Shown here: piece after piece, positions 39,400 through 52,713 of the stretch
Layout of the letters: each line of letters begins with the position of its first letter
How positions within the stretch are numbered: the first letter of the stretch is position 1
From: Octopus sinensis
Lineage: Eukaryota
NCBI RefSeq assembly: GCF_006345805.1
Contig: NC_043006.1
Span: 17,980,001-18,044,000 of the forward strand
Reading direction: 5' to 3'
Length of the DNA: 64,000 bases
Program-made: the position numbers and the translations under genes
The notes under the pieces: generated by a model
The model's input: only the letters and a program-made list of their open reading frames with translations
Told to the model about the DNA's origin: nothing
The model's database searches: none

Positions 39400-39868
39400 G
39401 AACTTCATGACTTACCAAGAAATGCTAGCCTTACAAATAAAAGAAAATAGTTTCAAACTATTTCATTGGAAAGGGGTTGTAATACTAAATCTTGCGATTC
39501 CTTACTTTGACATTATAATCACATGTTCATAGTAACGGGGATGTAACCTCACAATGCAGAGGGGTAGCAGTTCGACCTAGCGAAACACCCTGATCTCCGA
39601 GTTATTCACCTCTCGAATAACAGCATTCCAAACATTTTTCGGAGGAACCCCATTTCGGCTGCCTGTATTTGCGTGCGTATTTGGACTTAGGCAAAGATGT
39701 GTATAATCACTTCTCTTTTTTATAATTTTCATGAACTGGATTGACATGCGCAGCCGTTGTGGAAGTGGTATCACAATTGGTGAGTGTAGAATCAGTCGGC
39801 TGATATTTGCAGACGACATGGTGCTACTTGACTCATCAAATTGTGGTCTCCAGTATGCACTGAATGGA
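39400..39868 (-). mobile_element. RTE-clade LINE fragment with an inverted 5' segment
   Basis: 39683-39868(+) encodes RT motifs GLRQRCV*SLLFFIIFM...RLIFADDMVLL. 39400-39680(-) encodes post-RT IRTQIQAAEMGFLRKMFG...VELLPLCIVRLHPRYYEHV. Confidence 0.8.
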
Positions 39869-40660
39869 GTGCTGCAACGCAAGGATGAGAATTAGCGTAT
39901 AGCGGACCCTTAGTGAAATCCTCTCACTCTGACATATATAACGCAAATACGGACGTAGCAGACAACAGTTAGCCTTCGGCTGCTTAGGCCTAGTTGTGTC
40001 CGCTGCTCTGATTGGTTGGTTTTGGTGCAGTTTGTCTCTTGCATTATTTCGTGCCAATGTGTAACCCAACCAATCGCAACCTCCTGAGAAGGTCCCGTGA
40101 CACTGTTTTTCTAAAGCTCGTTTGGGCTTCTAGATTGTTATAAAACCCAGCGATTCATTGAATCGGGCATCTTTGGTTCTAGTCCTTCATAGGACTAACC
40201 TCTGACCACAGAGCTACCCAGCCATGTTCCAGCGACTCAGCCAGTTCCAGTTCCAGCGACCGCAACACCACCACTAGCAGCATTTCAGGACCTTCTCCGC
40301 CGTCGCCTTCAATCTTAACGTCGCCTTCACCTTAACGTCGCCTCCACCATCGTCGCCTTCAGCTTATCGACGCCACCAACATCAATACGTACACAGCAAC
40401 ATCACCCAGTTTAACTTCACGCTGTTTGTGAATACTCACCAAAGTATTTGCCTATTATCCTTTACTTGTTTCACTGTGGCCATGCGGGAGCACCACCTTG
40501 AGGAATTTTTGCCCAATGAATCGACACCGACGCTATTTTTTAAGCTATTGGCGTCTTTTGCCGATCCGCTAAATTACAGGGATGTAAACATACTAACACC
40601 GGTTGTAAAGCGGTAGGTAAGGGAAAATACCGACGCAAAACAAACATACACACACATGCG

Positions 40661-40703
<43 letters not shown>

Positions 40704-41542
40704 ACACATACACACACACAGACACATGCGACAGGCTTCTTTCAGTTTTCCGTCTGCTAAATCCGACTTTGGTCGGCTTGGGGCTATAGTAGAAGACATT
40801 TGCCCAAGGTGCCGGACAATGGGACTGAATCCCGAGCCGTGCGGTTGGGAAGCAAACTTCTTACCACAGAACCTCTCCTACACCTATGTATGTGTGTTTG
40901 TGTATATGTATGAGATGTTTTACGCAAGAAAGATATTACATATAACCTCATTACATACGGGACACATAATGCAATCAATATCAAATGTATATATGCATAT
41001 TAGATATCTCACGAACATTTATTACAAAATGTATCACATACAAAACTTGAATCATTTTAGCGATATTTATGTTCTCTTACATAAATAACGACGTTATTTC
41101 ATGAGTTAGCTGAAGCTCTTATATAACGATAATATACAGCTTCATAGGAGAATTAGAAAATGTACACGTTTTTTTTTAGTTTTGTCTAATTTATTTTTCC
41201 GAAAGATTCGCCACTGAAATATCATTTTAACTAGCCGACACAACTGGCGTTATTCGAATGCTTAATACTGTTTCTCGTTGAAACAGCTTACTTATTTATA
41301 TATATATTTATGTATTTATTTGATAATTGTTGAACTTAAATAACTCATAGAATTTTTTTACTAGCCCCTTTTTGTGTAAATATATTTGCCAGCAAATTAC
41401 ATATCTGAAGTTGAAACTTTAAAGGTTTCTATGATGTGTGAAGTTTTTGAGAATGTGTTTATTCAGTTCTATATTCAAGAGATGAGGAATTATGTACATT
41501 ATTTACATTTGACGGATATTTGTCCTCATCTTGTTTGTTGTT

Positions 41543-41588
41543 AACACAACGTTTCGGCTGATATACCCTCCAACATTCATCAGGTGTC
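41543..41588 (-). ncRNA. Minimal type-I hammerhead ribozyme fold, canonical core
   Basis: GACAC-CUGAUGA-A-[UGUUG..CAGCC, partly decayed]-GAA-AC/GU-U-GUGUU: 5-bp stem I, palindromic stem III. Confidence 0.75.
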
Positions 41589-41651
41589 TTGGGGAAATTT
41601 CGAACCTGGATTCTCATTCCTAAGGTATTTTTCGATGCTATTATTATTATT

Positions 41652-42379
41652 TTAAAAATAAAATATAGTCCGTTGTCTTCTGCTGAACCAGGGTTATCCC
41701 TTGACCCTAGGGTTACAGCAGGTCCTCATCTCATGGAAAGTACACGGCGTAAAATGTGTGCCGAACCTAGCAATACTATTTTCTGAAGTTCTCCCACATT
41801 AACACTGTAAGGGAGTTTGTTGAGCTGATTATCAAGGCCCTTTTTAATTAGCCCTAACACTCCAATCGCCACTGGTGCTGTGCTGATTTTCATTCCCCAC
41901 ATCTTGGTCACTTCTATTTTTAGGTCTTTGTACTTAAATAAATTCTCAACTTCTTTAATGGACACATTTCTCTCTGATGGTACTGTCACGTCTATCATTA
42001 AGCATTTCTTATTCTTCCCATCTTTAATGATTATGTCTGGCCTTTTTGCCTTGATTTCTTTATTGATGTTGATTGGCATGTCCCAGAGTACCGTTACATC
42101 ATCTTTTCCGGTCACAGTTTCAGGTTTATGCTGGTACCATCTTTCTGAAGTTGGAAGCTGGTAGTGTTTACATATCTTCCAATGGATATATTGCGCTACT
42201 CTATCGTGTCTACGAATATATTCGGTTTTAGCAAGTGCTGTGCATCTAGTTAAGATGTGGTCTACTGTTTCATCCCGCTAATGACTCATTCTGCATTTCG
42301 GGTCAGTGCCATCGTTCATTATTTTGTTGTGGTAAGCCCTGGTTGCCAAGCTTTGATCTTATGCTGCTATGATAAAACC
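41652..42379 (-). mobile_element. 5'-truncated R4/Dong-clade non-LTR retrotransposon (Zn knuckle plus restriction-like endonuclease) inserted in (TAA)n
   Basis: Minus-strand translation GFIIAA*DQSLATRAYHNKIMNDGTDPKCRM...ETVDHILTRC...EYIRRHDRVAQYIHWKIC...LWDMPI...KRPDIII...CLMIDVTVP...KYKDL...GSAHILRRVL; (TAA)n on both sides. Confidence 0.88.
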
Positions 42380-42437
<58 letters not shown>

Positions 42438-44530
42438 CATCATCATCATCATCATTCAGGTCACTGCCTGGACTCGAACTTGGAATCTTGGGGTTAGTAG
42501 CCCAAGCTCTTAACCACTACGTCATATGTAAATGTGTTTATTAATTCTTTTTTTTTTTTTTGCATTCCTACACATGTACCCCAACCCGGATTTTGTTTCC
42601 TCATAACTTCCAGAAAATATTTTTTAATGAAATTTTCAACAAATACGCATCTGATTGTGTAGATCCCAATTATATCGGAATTTTTTGGGAAAAATATTTT
42701 CTGTGGGTGGGAAAAGAAGTGTCTGAAAATTCACTCATGTTGGCTTTGCTTCCTCATAACTCTCAGAATAAAAGGGTATTTTTTAATGAACTTTTCTACA
42801 AATAGAAAGACAGAATGGACTAAGCAGAACATGTGGATACACGTGGATGGAAGAGACGCTGAAGAGATCACAGATGTGTGACGATAGATTCTTGGACAAT
42901 GGATATATGATAAAATAAGAACAAATATATAGTGCATGTGTTTATTTGTCAAGAAGTAAAAAATGACCATCCCGAAATATAACAGTATCTGTCTCAACAC
43001 ACGATTTCACATCAAGAATCTTGCAAAACAAATTCATAAACCTTTCTACAAATACTTTTCAGAATGTGTAATTAGATGTGGAATTAAATGTGAAAAGGAA
43101 AATAGTGAGTACGTACACATACACACACATCACAATATTTTTCAAGATTTGAAGTTTCATTTTGTAGGTATACATGATGTCTGTCAGCATGTGTGTGCAC
43201 AAGCCAACTATTTTTTTCATATTAAATTCCTATATAATCTTAATCTACACACTCTGAAGAAAATTTGATTTAAAAAATTACCCATTCCTGAAAGTTATGA
43301 GTTAAGAAAGTCATCTCATGTAAATTTTCCGAAACTCTTCACCCCACCCTCAGAAAAGATTTTTCACTCCATATTCCAATATAATCAGAATTTACACCAT
43401 CTGAAATGTATTTGTAGAAAATTTCATTTAAAAATATTTATTTTTCTGGAAATTATGAGGCAATAAAGTCAATGGTGGGGGCACATAGATAGGAATGGCT
43501 TTTTTTTTTTGTATCTATACCATATTTTATCGTGAATAAGGAAACCCCTAATTTTGGGAGCTTAAAATTTGGAAAAAAGGTTTTGTAAGGGATTATAATA
43601 CTATCCATGTATAAGAAACTCCCATATATTTTTAGCCTAATTTTTGACAAAAAAAGGGTTCCTTATGCACATTAAAATACAGTAGTTTATTCTTTTATTT
43701 TTTAAGATTTGCCACTAACTATTTTAACTAGCCCACGCACCCAGCATTGACTGAGCGCCTTATATGTACAAATGGTTTATATAAGGTGGATCAAAATGGG
43801 CAAGTGGGGCAAAATAAGTAATTTATGAGTGTTCTTTTTTTACCTCTTTGAAACTATGACATTGCAAATATTGCATCATCTTTGGGAGTAAAAATTGGTC
43901 AGCATTGCTATTGATGAATTTGAGAGAGTTTGAAACAGTCAGATGTCATACTTTTTTTCAAGAAATTTTTCTTCAACTTTGATCTGATTGTAATTGAGGC
44001 TGCTGATAAAATATCTGGATAATTTTCGGTGCTTAACCATCAAAATTCATTTCTCTGTTGGATTCCAAGTCAATGTTTCTATTTTAATAATTTTCAAAAC
44101 AATGGTGTCTAAAGCGGGGCAGGATGGGTAATGACTAATTTCAATAATTTCTTTTGTTTTAATGGCCTGCTGCATGAATGAATAAATCAGGAAGAGAGCC
44201 AGCCACTCTAGCAGATCATGAAGAAGCTATAGAGAATAGTTTACATAGAATTTTAAAGTTTAGTCGAGTTTTGTTAATTTCATATTATGTGCCATTTTCA
44301 CATGATCCTCTTTCATTTGATCAAGATATTTTAAAATTTTGTTGCATTTTCTGACCTTTCTAAAAGTTGAATATTGGTGTACATGAGTGTTTTTTTAAAT
44401 GTAATTCTGGAGAACTGAAGACACAAGTTTACCTTATTTGGTTGCTAAATTTGTCTTTTGTATGCTCAAAGAGAACAGATAATTTTCTGAAATTAACTAC
44501 CTATGTAATATCTATCTATCTATCAATCTA

Positions 44531-44561
<31 letters not shown>

Positions 44562-44592
44562 GATTGTCTGTCTATCTATCTATCCATATATA

Positions 44593-45005
44593 TTTCTTTA
44601 TTGCCCACAAGGGGCTAAACATAGAGTGGACAAACAAGGACAGACAAAGGGATTAAGTCGATTACATCGACCCCAGTGCGTAACTGGTACTTTATTTATC
44701 AACCCCGAAAGGATGAAAGGCAAAGTCGACTTCAGCGGAATTTGAACTCAGAACGTAACGGCAGACAAAATACCTATTTCTTTACTACCCACAAGGGGCT
44801 AAACACAGAGAGGACAAACAAGGACAGACAAAGGGATTAAGTCGATTACATCGACCCCAGTGCGAAACTGGTACTTTATTTATCGACCCCGAAAGGATGG
44901 ATGGCAAAGTCGACCTCAGTGGAATTTGAACTCAGAACGTGACGGCAGATAAAATGCCACTAAAGCATTTCGCCCATCGTGCTAACGTTTCTGCCAGCTC
45001 GCCGC
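44593..45005 (-). mobile_element. SINE family B (dimeric body)
   Basis: Reverse complement of family B. Older degraded copies at ~1700-1830, 10460-10670, 11140-11670, 11985-12155, 31130-31310, 37690-37870, 58730-58925. Confidence 0.82.
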
Positions 45006-45765
45006 TCTATCCATATATTTCTCTGTTTCACTCACTAAGTCCAACCTCTTCTCTTCTCTCTCCTCTCTCCCACTCTAAACAAAGGGAAGAACTCATTCTT
45101 AAGCTTCCATGTTAGTAAGAATTTAAAGAAATAAACAGCTTTATTTATTTATTTATTTATTGATTCATTTATTCACTTTGAATGCAACATAAAACGGCAT
45201 CTCATCAATCTGTCTGGAGACCAACACTTGCAGTTTTGTTCACTGTCATCATCTTCTTCATCATCTTTATTATTATTATTACATTTAGTATTATTTTATC
45301 GAATGTAAAATAGGAACAGATATTCTCAGCTCAATATTTTATGATAGTGAGTGAAATAAAATATACTTTTCCTTTCACTTCAGAACAATAGTAAACATAT
45401 TTTGGAAAAAATTTATATTCCATCATTGGAATCTTGTACCTTTAAAGATCAAAACACTTTTATCAGACTTGATTTCGTTCACATTCAATAACAAATAGTA
45501 TATATGTATCAATATAACCACACAAAGTACTAACCTCATGAGAGTGACAAATATCATCATCATTGTTTAACATCCGCTTTCCATGCTAGCATGGGTTGGA
45601 CAATTTGACTGAGGACTGGCGAACCAGATGGCTGCACCAGGCTCCAATATATTTAATATATCTTATTATTTTATTTATACTATACACTTTGACTATTTTG
45701 AATTAGCACAAGCTTTCAATGGTTGCACAAGGAGGGCTACCCTTTTAACCCAGAGTATCGGCAAG

Positions 45766-45820
45766 ATCCACTGATGAGAACTAAGATTATTATCAAAGTT
45801 CAAAATCATGTGATATGAAT
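45766..45820 (+). ncRNA. Hammerhead fold with G12A substitution (likely inactive), upstream of the PLE ORF remnant
   Basis: AUCCA-CUGAUGA-GAACU...AGUUC-(A)AA-AUCA(UG)UGAU-A-UGAAU. Confidence 0.6.
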
Positions 45821-46213
45821 ATGTTTGCTTCATTTTGTGAATTTATCTCACCATAGAAAGGTGCTTTTGCTCACTCCCTCACTTTTCATCTATTTCATGA
45901 GGTTAGTGTTTTGTGTGGCTATCGAGTCGTTTTTGACTCTTATTTCTAGCAGTGCTGGTACTATTTTTGTACCCTTGATTATTACTTTGGCATTAGGTTT
46001 TAATTGCTTATGGATCACCTATATTATAATACATCTAATACATTATATTATTTTATTTAATGTATCAATATATCTATTTATCTATCTATCTGTCTATCTA
46101 TCTAAAGCTATCAATATAAATTTATATAAATAAGGATAAGATCATTATTTAAAATACCAACCTTATCAGGTGGCTAGCATGGGAATAAAAACCTCAAAGG
46201 TAATAATTATTAT

Positions 46214-46381
46214 TAAAATTATAATTAAGGGTATCTAATAGATACCACCATACTAAAAATAGCAGCAAAAACTTGACTCTAAAACCATATTAAATGTTCA
46301 TTTAATGTGGTTATAGAGTCAAGTTTTGGTTGCTATTTCTAGCATGGTGGTATCTCTTAGATACCCTTAATTATAATTTTA
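46214..46381. repeat. Hairpin, 83-bp arms, 2-nt loop
   Basis: Arms align without indels around 46297-46298; scattered substitutions. Confidence 0.9.
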
Positions 46382-46399
46382 AATCTATCTATATTTATC

Positions 46400-46645
<246 letters not shown>

Positions 46646-46649
46646 TTTC

Positions 46650-47465
46650 TGAATATGAAGAGAAATTGCAGTTTCTTAACTTGAAAGTCCAACTACTCCA
46701 ACAGAATTTTTATGAACTTAGGCAATAATATCAGTAATCACATATCCAGCTTAACATTTGATAGGGAATCATTTGACCATCCTGCTCATTATTACCATAA
46801 TGCATTAAAATATGATAGATTCAAATACAGAATTACATTATATGCAAAAGAGCACTTAAAGTTAAAAATGCAAAAAAGGGAAACCAAATACAGTGTCAAT
46901 ATTTGTTCCAATGCTTCTAGGATATTAACCTTAAAAAGAAGCATTTCTCAGTAAATCAAAGTTATCATAAGATCTTTAACAAAAATAGAATTATGGTGAG
47001 TTGCTGTTGCACCAAAGACTTTGCTGCTTCTGAAGACAGTATAAGAATGTGCAAAACATTTTTCTATGTGATAGTAATAACCCTGATACCCTCTCAGTGA
47101 CAGTAATCGTTCTAATGCATTAGTTTATCAAGCTAAGATCTCCCTTGTAAACAACAGTGAAAATAGCTATATAAGATTTACTGAAAACCCCTTTAAAAAG
47201 ATTTTTCAATATATTTTTAGATTCAAATACTCAGAAGGACATCCAAATCTATCTGAAGTTTAAAGGACCATAAGATTAACAATTATAAAATCCACTGAAC
47301 TTTTACAGAACATGTACTAGTATATAAATTTCTCCAGAATATGGGATCTTGGTTTCTCCAAGATCTATTACATCCTATTACAACATTTTGCAATTTTGAA
47401 CAAAAGATGAGAATTGGGGAATTCTTGCAGACACTACCATTCGTATTTACTGAGAAATTTCTAAC
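46650..47465 (+). mobile_element. Degraded Penelope-like element ORF (post-RT linker and GIY-YIG endonuclease)
   Basis: Frameshifted remnants NISNHISSLTFDRESFDHPAHYYHNALK, SYHKIFNKNRIMVSCCCTKD, ALVYQAKISLVNNSENSYIRFTENPFK, STELL, ILNKR*ELGNSCRH follow the PLE C-terminal pattern. Confidence 0.75.
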
Positions 47466-48131
47466 TAACAAGTAGCTGAAATGTTTTATTTCTCACACTA
47501 TGGACACTATTCTGTGAAAGAAGGTTCACATATTGAAGAAATTATTCAATTTTTATCAACCTGAAACTTCAATACAATATTCATCTTCCTTGATTTTGTG
47601 TGTTTTACACATATGATACTGAAAGACATGAAAATATGTGATTTTGCATATGAATAAAGGAATACATGACATGCTCTATGTATAGCAATTGAAGAGATGA
47701 ATGTGTGAGTCTTGTAATGTTTTTATGTGAACCAAACAGATCTCAAGAACTAATCATGCTTTGATGTGTTTACAAAAATTTTTACTAACATATTGCTGCA
47801 CTGTTACACTTCATCAAACATTTGAATAATTGATAATGTGAAACTCAATGTAATCTTGCATGAAATTTTAGCTTTTAATGTGTGTGTGTATGTATGTGTG
47901 TGTGTGTGCGCATTTAAATTTACATAAAGAAAAGTTGAAAAGTTTGACAGTGATTTCCAAGTTCTTATTTCAAGAAAATGTCTGACAGTAATTTGAAGTT
48001 TTGGGTTCATACCCATCATCAGACTAATTCATATGATACTCTACAAAAACATTTTTGAGTGATCCTTCAATTTAATATTCAACTATTTTTATATATAACT
48101 TTGCATAAAACAGACATCAATATCAATATCA

Positions 48132-48165
<34 letters not shown>

Positions 48166-48212
48166 TACATGCAGTTAAATATATGTCCAGTCATCCAGAC
48201 ATCCATAAAGAG

Positions 48213-48282
48213 CTTAGCTTTATAGACAACTCCTCAGACTCTAATGGCTATTAGAGTTTGATGAGTCATCTATAAAACTAAG
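48213..48282. repeat. Hairpin, 33-bp arms, 4-nt loop
   Basis: Imperfect arms; the right arm contains TTGATGAGTC, resembling a hammerhead core 5' half. Confidence 0.8.
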
Positions 48283-48334
48283 TGTTTTATGGATGCAAAA
48301 TCACTTGCATAGCGTTCATATATATGTGTGTGTA

Positions 48335-48391
<57 letters not shown>

Positions 48392-48455
48392 TGTGTGTGT
48401 GAGTGTGTATATACATACATACATATGTGTGTCTGTGTCTATATCTATATATATA

Positions 48456-48875
48456 GGCGCAGGAGTGGCTGTGTGGTAAGTAGCTTGTTTACCAACCACA
48501 TGGTTCCGGGTTCAGTCCCATTGCGTAGCACCTTGGGCAAGTGTCTTCTACTATAGCCTCGGGCCGACCAAAGCCTTGTGAGTGGATTTGGTAGACGGAA
48601 ACTGAAAGAATCCCGTCGTATATATGTATATATATATATATGTGTGTGTGTGTATGCATATATGTTTGTATATCTGTGTATGTCCCCCCCAACATCGCTT
48701 CACAACCGATGGTGGTGTGTTTATGTCCCCATCACTTAGCAGTTCGGCAAAAGAGACCGATAGAATAAGTACTGGGCTTACAAAGAATAAGTCCCGGGTT
48801 CGAGTTGCTCGATTAAAGGCGGTGCTCCAGCCTGGCCACAGTCAAATGACTGAAACAAGTAAAAGAGTAAAAGAG

Positions 48876-48916
<41 letters not shown>

Positions 48917-49070
48917 CGAGCTTCTTTCACTTTCCATCTACCAAATCTACTCACAAGGCTTTGGTTGGCCTGAGGCTATAGTAGAAGACACTGGCCCAAG
49001 GTGCTATGCTGTGAGACTGAACCCAGAACCATGTGGTTGAGAAACAAGCTTCTTACCATGCAGCCATGCC
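48456..49070. mobile_element. SINE family A: full + copy (48456-48875) followed by an inverted 5' half (48916-49070)
   Basis: Direct match to family A on both strands, separated by (TA)n. Confidence 0.85.
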
Positions 49071-50570
49071 TGCAGAAAGACATCACAGCAGCTCAGTTAA
49101 AGATAGAACTGTGGTACAGTGTACCTGTGTGACAAGAAGAAACTACTACACAAGCATGCCACCCAGGAATCTACGTGGGTTTTGCTGTCACAGCTCAGTT
49201 GTATATCATATGAGATGTTATGAATAAAGGAAACTGTTCTATCCACAAGAAATGAAAGAGAAAATGTTCAAATCTGAGCAGATATTCCCTGGAGCAAAGC
49301 TCTAAAATGATCTAGGCATTCATCAGAGAAACAAACACCACAAAAGGCAATCTACTGAGGGTGCATCTATGAGGCCATCAAAGATGCTAAAAATAGCAAT
49401 TATATCTCCCTCAGCTCACAACATGACCATCCTAAAAATAACAGGAGACAATGGAAAATGAAGCCCAAGACAGCTGAAAAGAATGATGGGATGCTCAGGG
49501 CTTAAAAATTGCAACCAAAGTACCCTCGAATCTTCCACTAAATTTTCATAAAATGAAAGGATACATTGCAGAAATACAATTCTAGATGTCTGAAAAAGAA
49601 CAATGTGATGGTCATTGCTGGATTGCTTTTGATCAATTTTTTTTTTCAATCAGAGCTGACTTAACGCTAAACACAAGAACATCAATACTAACACAATGCA
49701 AAGAAAGGTGCAATGATATTAGATAATAAAACTTAATGCTGAAATTATATTAATATGTGCAAACACATTAACTTCTGCGGATATAATCTACATATATTTG
49801 TATAAAATTAATCGATTGGATGTCTAATGATGGAAAAAAGCACATCAGATAACAGCATTTTGAATTCGCAGCTCTAAAGCTGGCACAGCTAATAATATCT
49901 CTCCCACACACAAGATGGCTTTATTTTTAGAAAAAATAAAAGTTAGCTGAAGTAAGTTTGCAGAAGTATTAATAATATGTGGAGGAAAGCAATTGGATGT
50001 AGACTTATTAGCGTAATAAAAGAAAGTAAAAAGTAAAATAATGTCTTTCTTTGTATAACAAATCAAATGTTTAGAAAACATGGGCAATGTAAGTAAAATG
50101 GAGATGAAGCAGATAAGGTATCTAATTGCTAATGGCGATAAAACAGTCATTACTAAACACGTTCAAAATAAAAAAAAACAAAAAACAAAAGCAAAGTAGA
50201 CGAAAAAGCTAAAAATACTGAAGTAAATCAAAAATAGAAAGAAAAATTAGAATGATAGATCGAAAGAGGCAGGTTTGTATATGTGTGTGTGTGTGTAGTG
50301 TATATATATTCATCATCATCATTCAACATCTGTTTTTCATGTTGGATAGTTTGACCAGAGCTGGTAAGGCCAGGGGCTGCACCAGGCTCCATCATCTGTT
50401 CTGAGACGGTTTCTATGGTTGGATGCCCTTCCTAATGCCAACCACTCTACAGAGTGTACTTGGTGCTTTTTATGTGGCACAAGCACCAGTATCAATTCTG
50501 CTGCAGTGGATGGGTCTTCTTCAGTACAGCAAGATACCAGATATCTCAGTTCTTTGTCATCTCCTTCATA

Positions 50571-50614
<44 letters not shown>

Positions 50615-52416
50615 GTTCATTCCACTCTTAGTTCTTTCGTTCCCCCTTCCTCACATTTCTTCGCCTTCTCTTCTTACTCACTTTCCCTCCACTTTTCACT
50701 TCACTGTATCCATGTCATTTTTTCTAGCCCCTCCTTAATTCTTCTGTCCCTCTGCTTCTACTTCTCTCTCTTCTCTTCCTACGTGACTGTTCGGCCAAGC
50801 CTGCTCTTTCTTTCTTGGTCTGATCGTTGTCCATGCAACATCAATATTCTTCCCTATGTTTGTGAAATTTCTGTATCTCTACTGTAAGGCTTCATTTCCA
50901 CATGCACCAGCTCAATTCAATTCGTCCTTAGTCGAAAGACACCTGTTGTTATGTCCTGTTACCATTTTTATTGTATTTTTTATTGTATTTATATTTTTGT
51001 AACATTGTCCATTTTTTCCATCCTTGTTTTTGTATACATTCGCTGCTTTCTTCCAAGGAATCTAATGCTCTTAGTTTAATTTCTCCTTGAGGCTGGCCAG
51101 ATTGGAGCAATCTCAAGAATAATCAGACAAAATTGCAAGGATAATCTGGTGCTTGACTGAGGAAAGAAAACTTCGAATGACCCATCCTTGTTTTCTTTGT
51201 ATTGTCTATCTGGATGTTTTGTTGTCCCTTTTTGTATCACCTAGCTGTCTGGATGTTTTTTTGCGTTCCTGTCCCATTTTGTATTTTATGTGTGTGTGTG
51301 TATAAAACAAGTTTAATATAATGTTCATTACATATTTTTTCCATATTGGAGCAAACTTAGCTTACAGCTGTTTCCAGTAGTCACTGTAGGTATATTACTG
51401 ATAGATTATTTACTCAATTGGTTTATTGATCAACTGAGAAAAGTTGAACAACCTAAAAAAATTAATGCTACTTCAGTCAGAGCCATTTCTGCTTATAACC
51501 CAGAAATATATATATATATATATATATATAACAGTAGAAACATTTTAATAAAGTTCCAAATGCATTATATTTATTATTGTTGAGATGAAAATGCTGCCAT
51601 TGCAATGAACAACAGGAAAAAGATATTTAAGCCAGGTGAGATAATTCAACAGTTCGTGTAATGATAGTAACAGTCATTTACCTCAACAAATTCCATCAAG
51701 CAAGTATGGAAAAGTGGACAGTAAATAGAGGTGATGATGGGAATGACGATAATGACGATGATGAGGCTTCTGCCACCAGGGACAATGACAACAACAACGA
51801 CAGTAATTTACTGTCTTCCCATGATCGCTATTCACCTATTCACATAGAGATTTTAGTCACTTGAGCCTGGATGAAACAGTATGATTAACAAATAATATTT
51901 CAATATTACAACGATGTAGTATCATCTACACCTCCACCTAACTACTACTACAATGTATGGGCTATACCATACTTCACATGTATTAAAAGTAATACAAATA
52001 AGAAAAACCGTGTGAAGTTGAACTAGATAAAAAAAAAAAGGCAGAAACTACCATATTAAGAGATCAAAGCAACAGAACTTAACATTCTACATCATGTTAA
52101 CGAGAGCAGCTTTGATAATACACAACATAATAGACTGTGCATACCAGAGATAGGATTTTTTACTTTGATAAGGAAGATAATGACTAACCAGACCGAAACT
52201 ATAAATATTAAAGATGAATGTTCCCCAGTTCATCATAAAAAACTGTTAATTTATTGTATGACATTCGATGAAGAATTCAGTAAATGACTAATAGCTGCTT
52301 CAGTTGAGACTAGCACAGTTATCCCGTATCTCTTAAGCTTAATGTGTGTGTATATGTATGTCTGTACATCAGCATTTGTGTGTGTGTGTATGTGTGTGTA
52401 TATATATGTGTATGGG

Positions 52417-52463
<47 letters not shown>

Positions 52464-52663
52464 ATATCTTTTATATTTTACTTGTTTCGGTCATTGAAGT
52501 GTGGCCATGCTGGAGTACTGCCCTGACAAGTCTAGTCAAATTATTTGATTTCAGTTACTTAGTTATTTTAAGCCTACTGGTCTGTTTTGCTAAACTACTT
52601 AAGTTCTAGGGACATAACCAAACCAATCCCCATTGTCAAATGATGGCAAGAGACAAATGCATG

Positions 52664-52697
<34 letters not shown>

Positions 52698-52713
52698 CTT
52701 ATTCACATATATA

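Larger units (their letters stand above)
41491..42528 (-). mobile_element. tRNA-headed element with a hammerhead-bearing tail, split by the Dong insertion
   Basis: Head 42455-42528(-) with A box TGACGTAGTGG and B box GTTCGAGTCC; internal (AAT)n; tail 41491-41650(-) containing the hammerhead at 41543-41588. Confidence 0.7.

Noticed and set aside
47309-47471. Apparent host exon (good acceptor, 54 open codons, phase-compatible with 55863)
   Set aside because: Another frame of the same DNA gives the PLE C-terminal pattern (STELL...ILNKR*ELGNSCRH), continuing the element from 46650, and the donor (GTAGCT) is weak.
51364-51375. GAAACAGCTGTA half-motifs (also 63284-63295) on the minus strand
   Set aside because: No CUGANGA-like core at a suitable distance upstream.
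51585-51635. Micro-exon ENAAIAMNNRKKIFKP ending at a good donor (GTGAG)
   Set aside because: Poor acceptor (GAG) and a phase incompatible with 55863; no other support.
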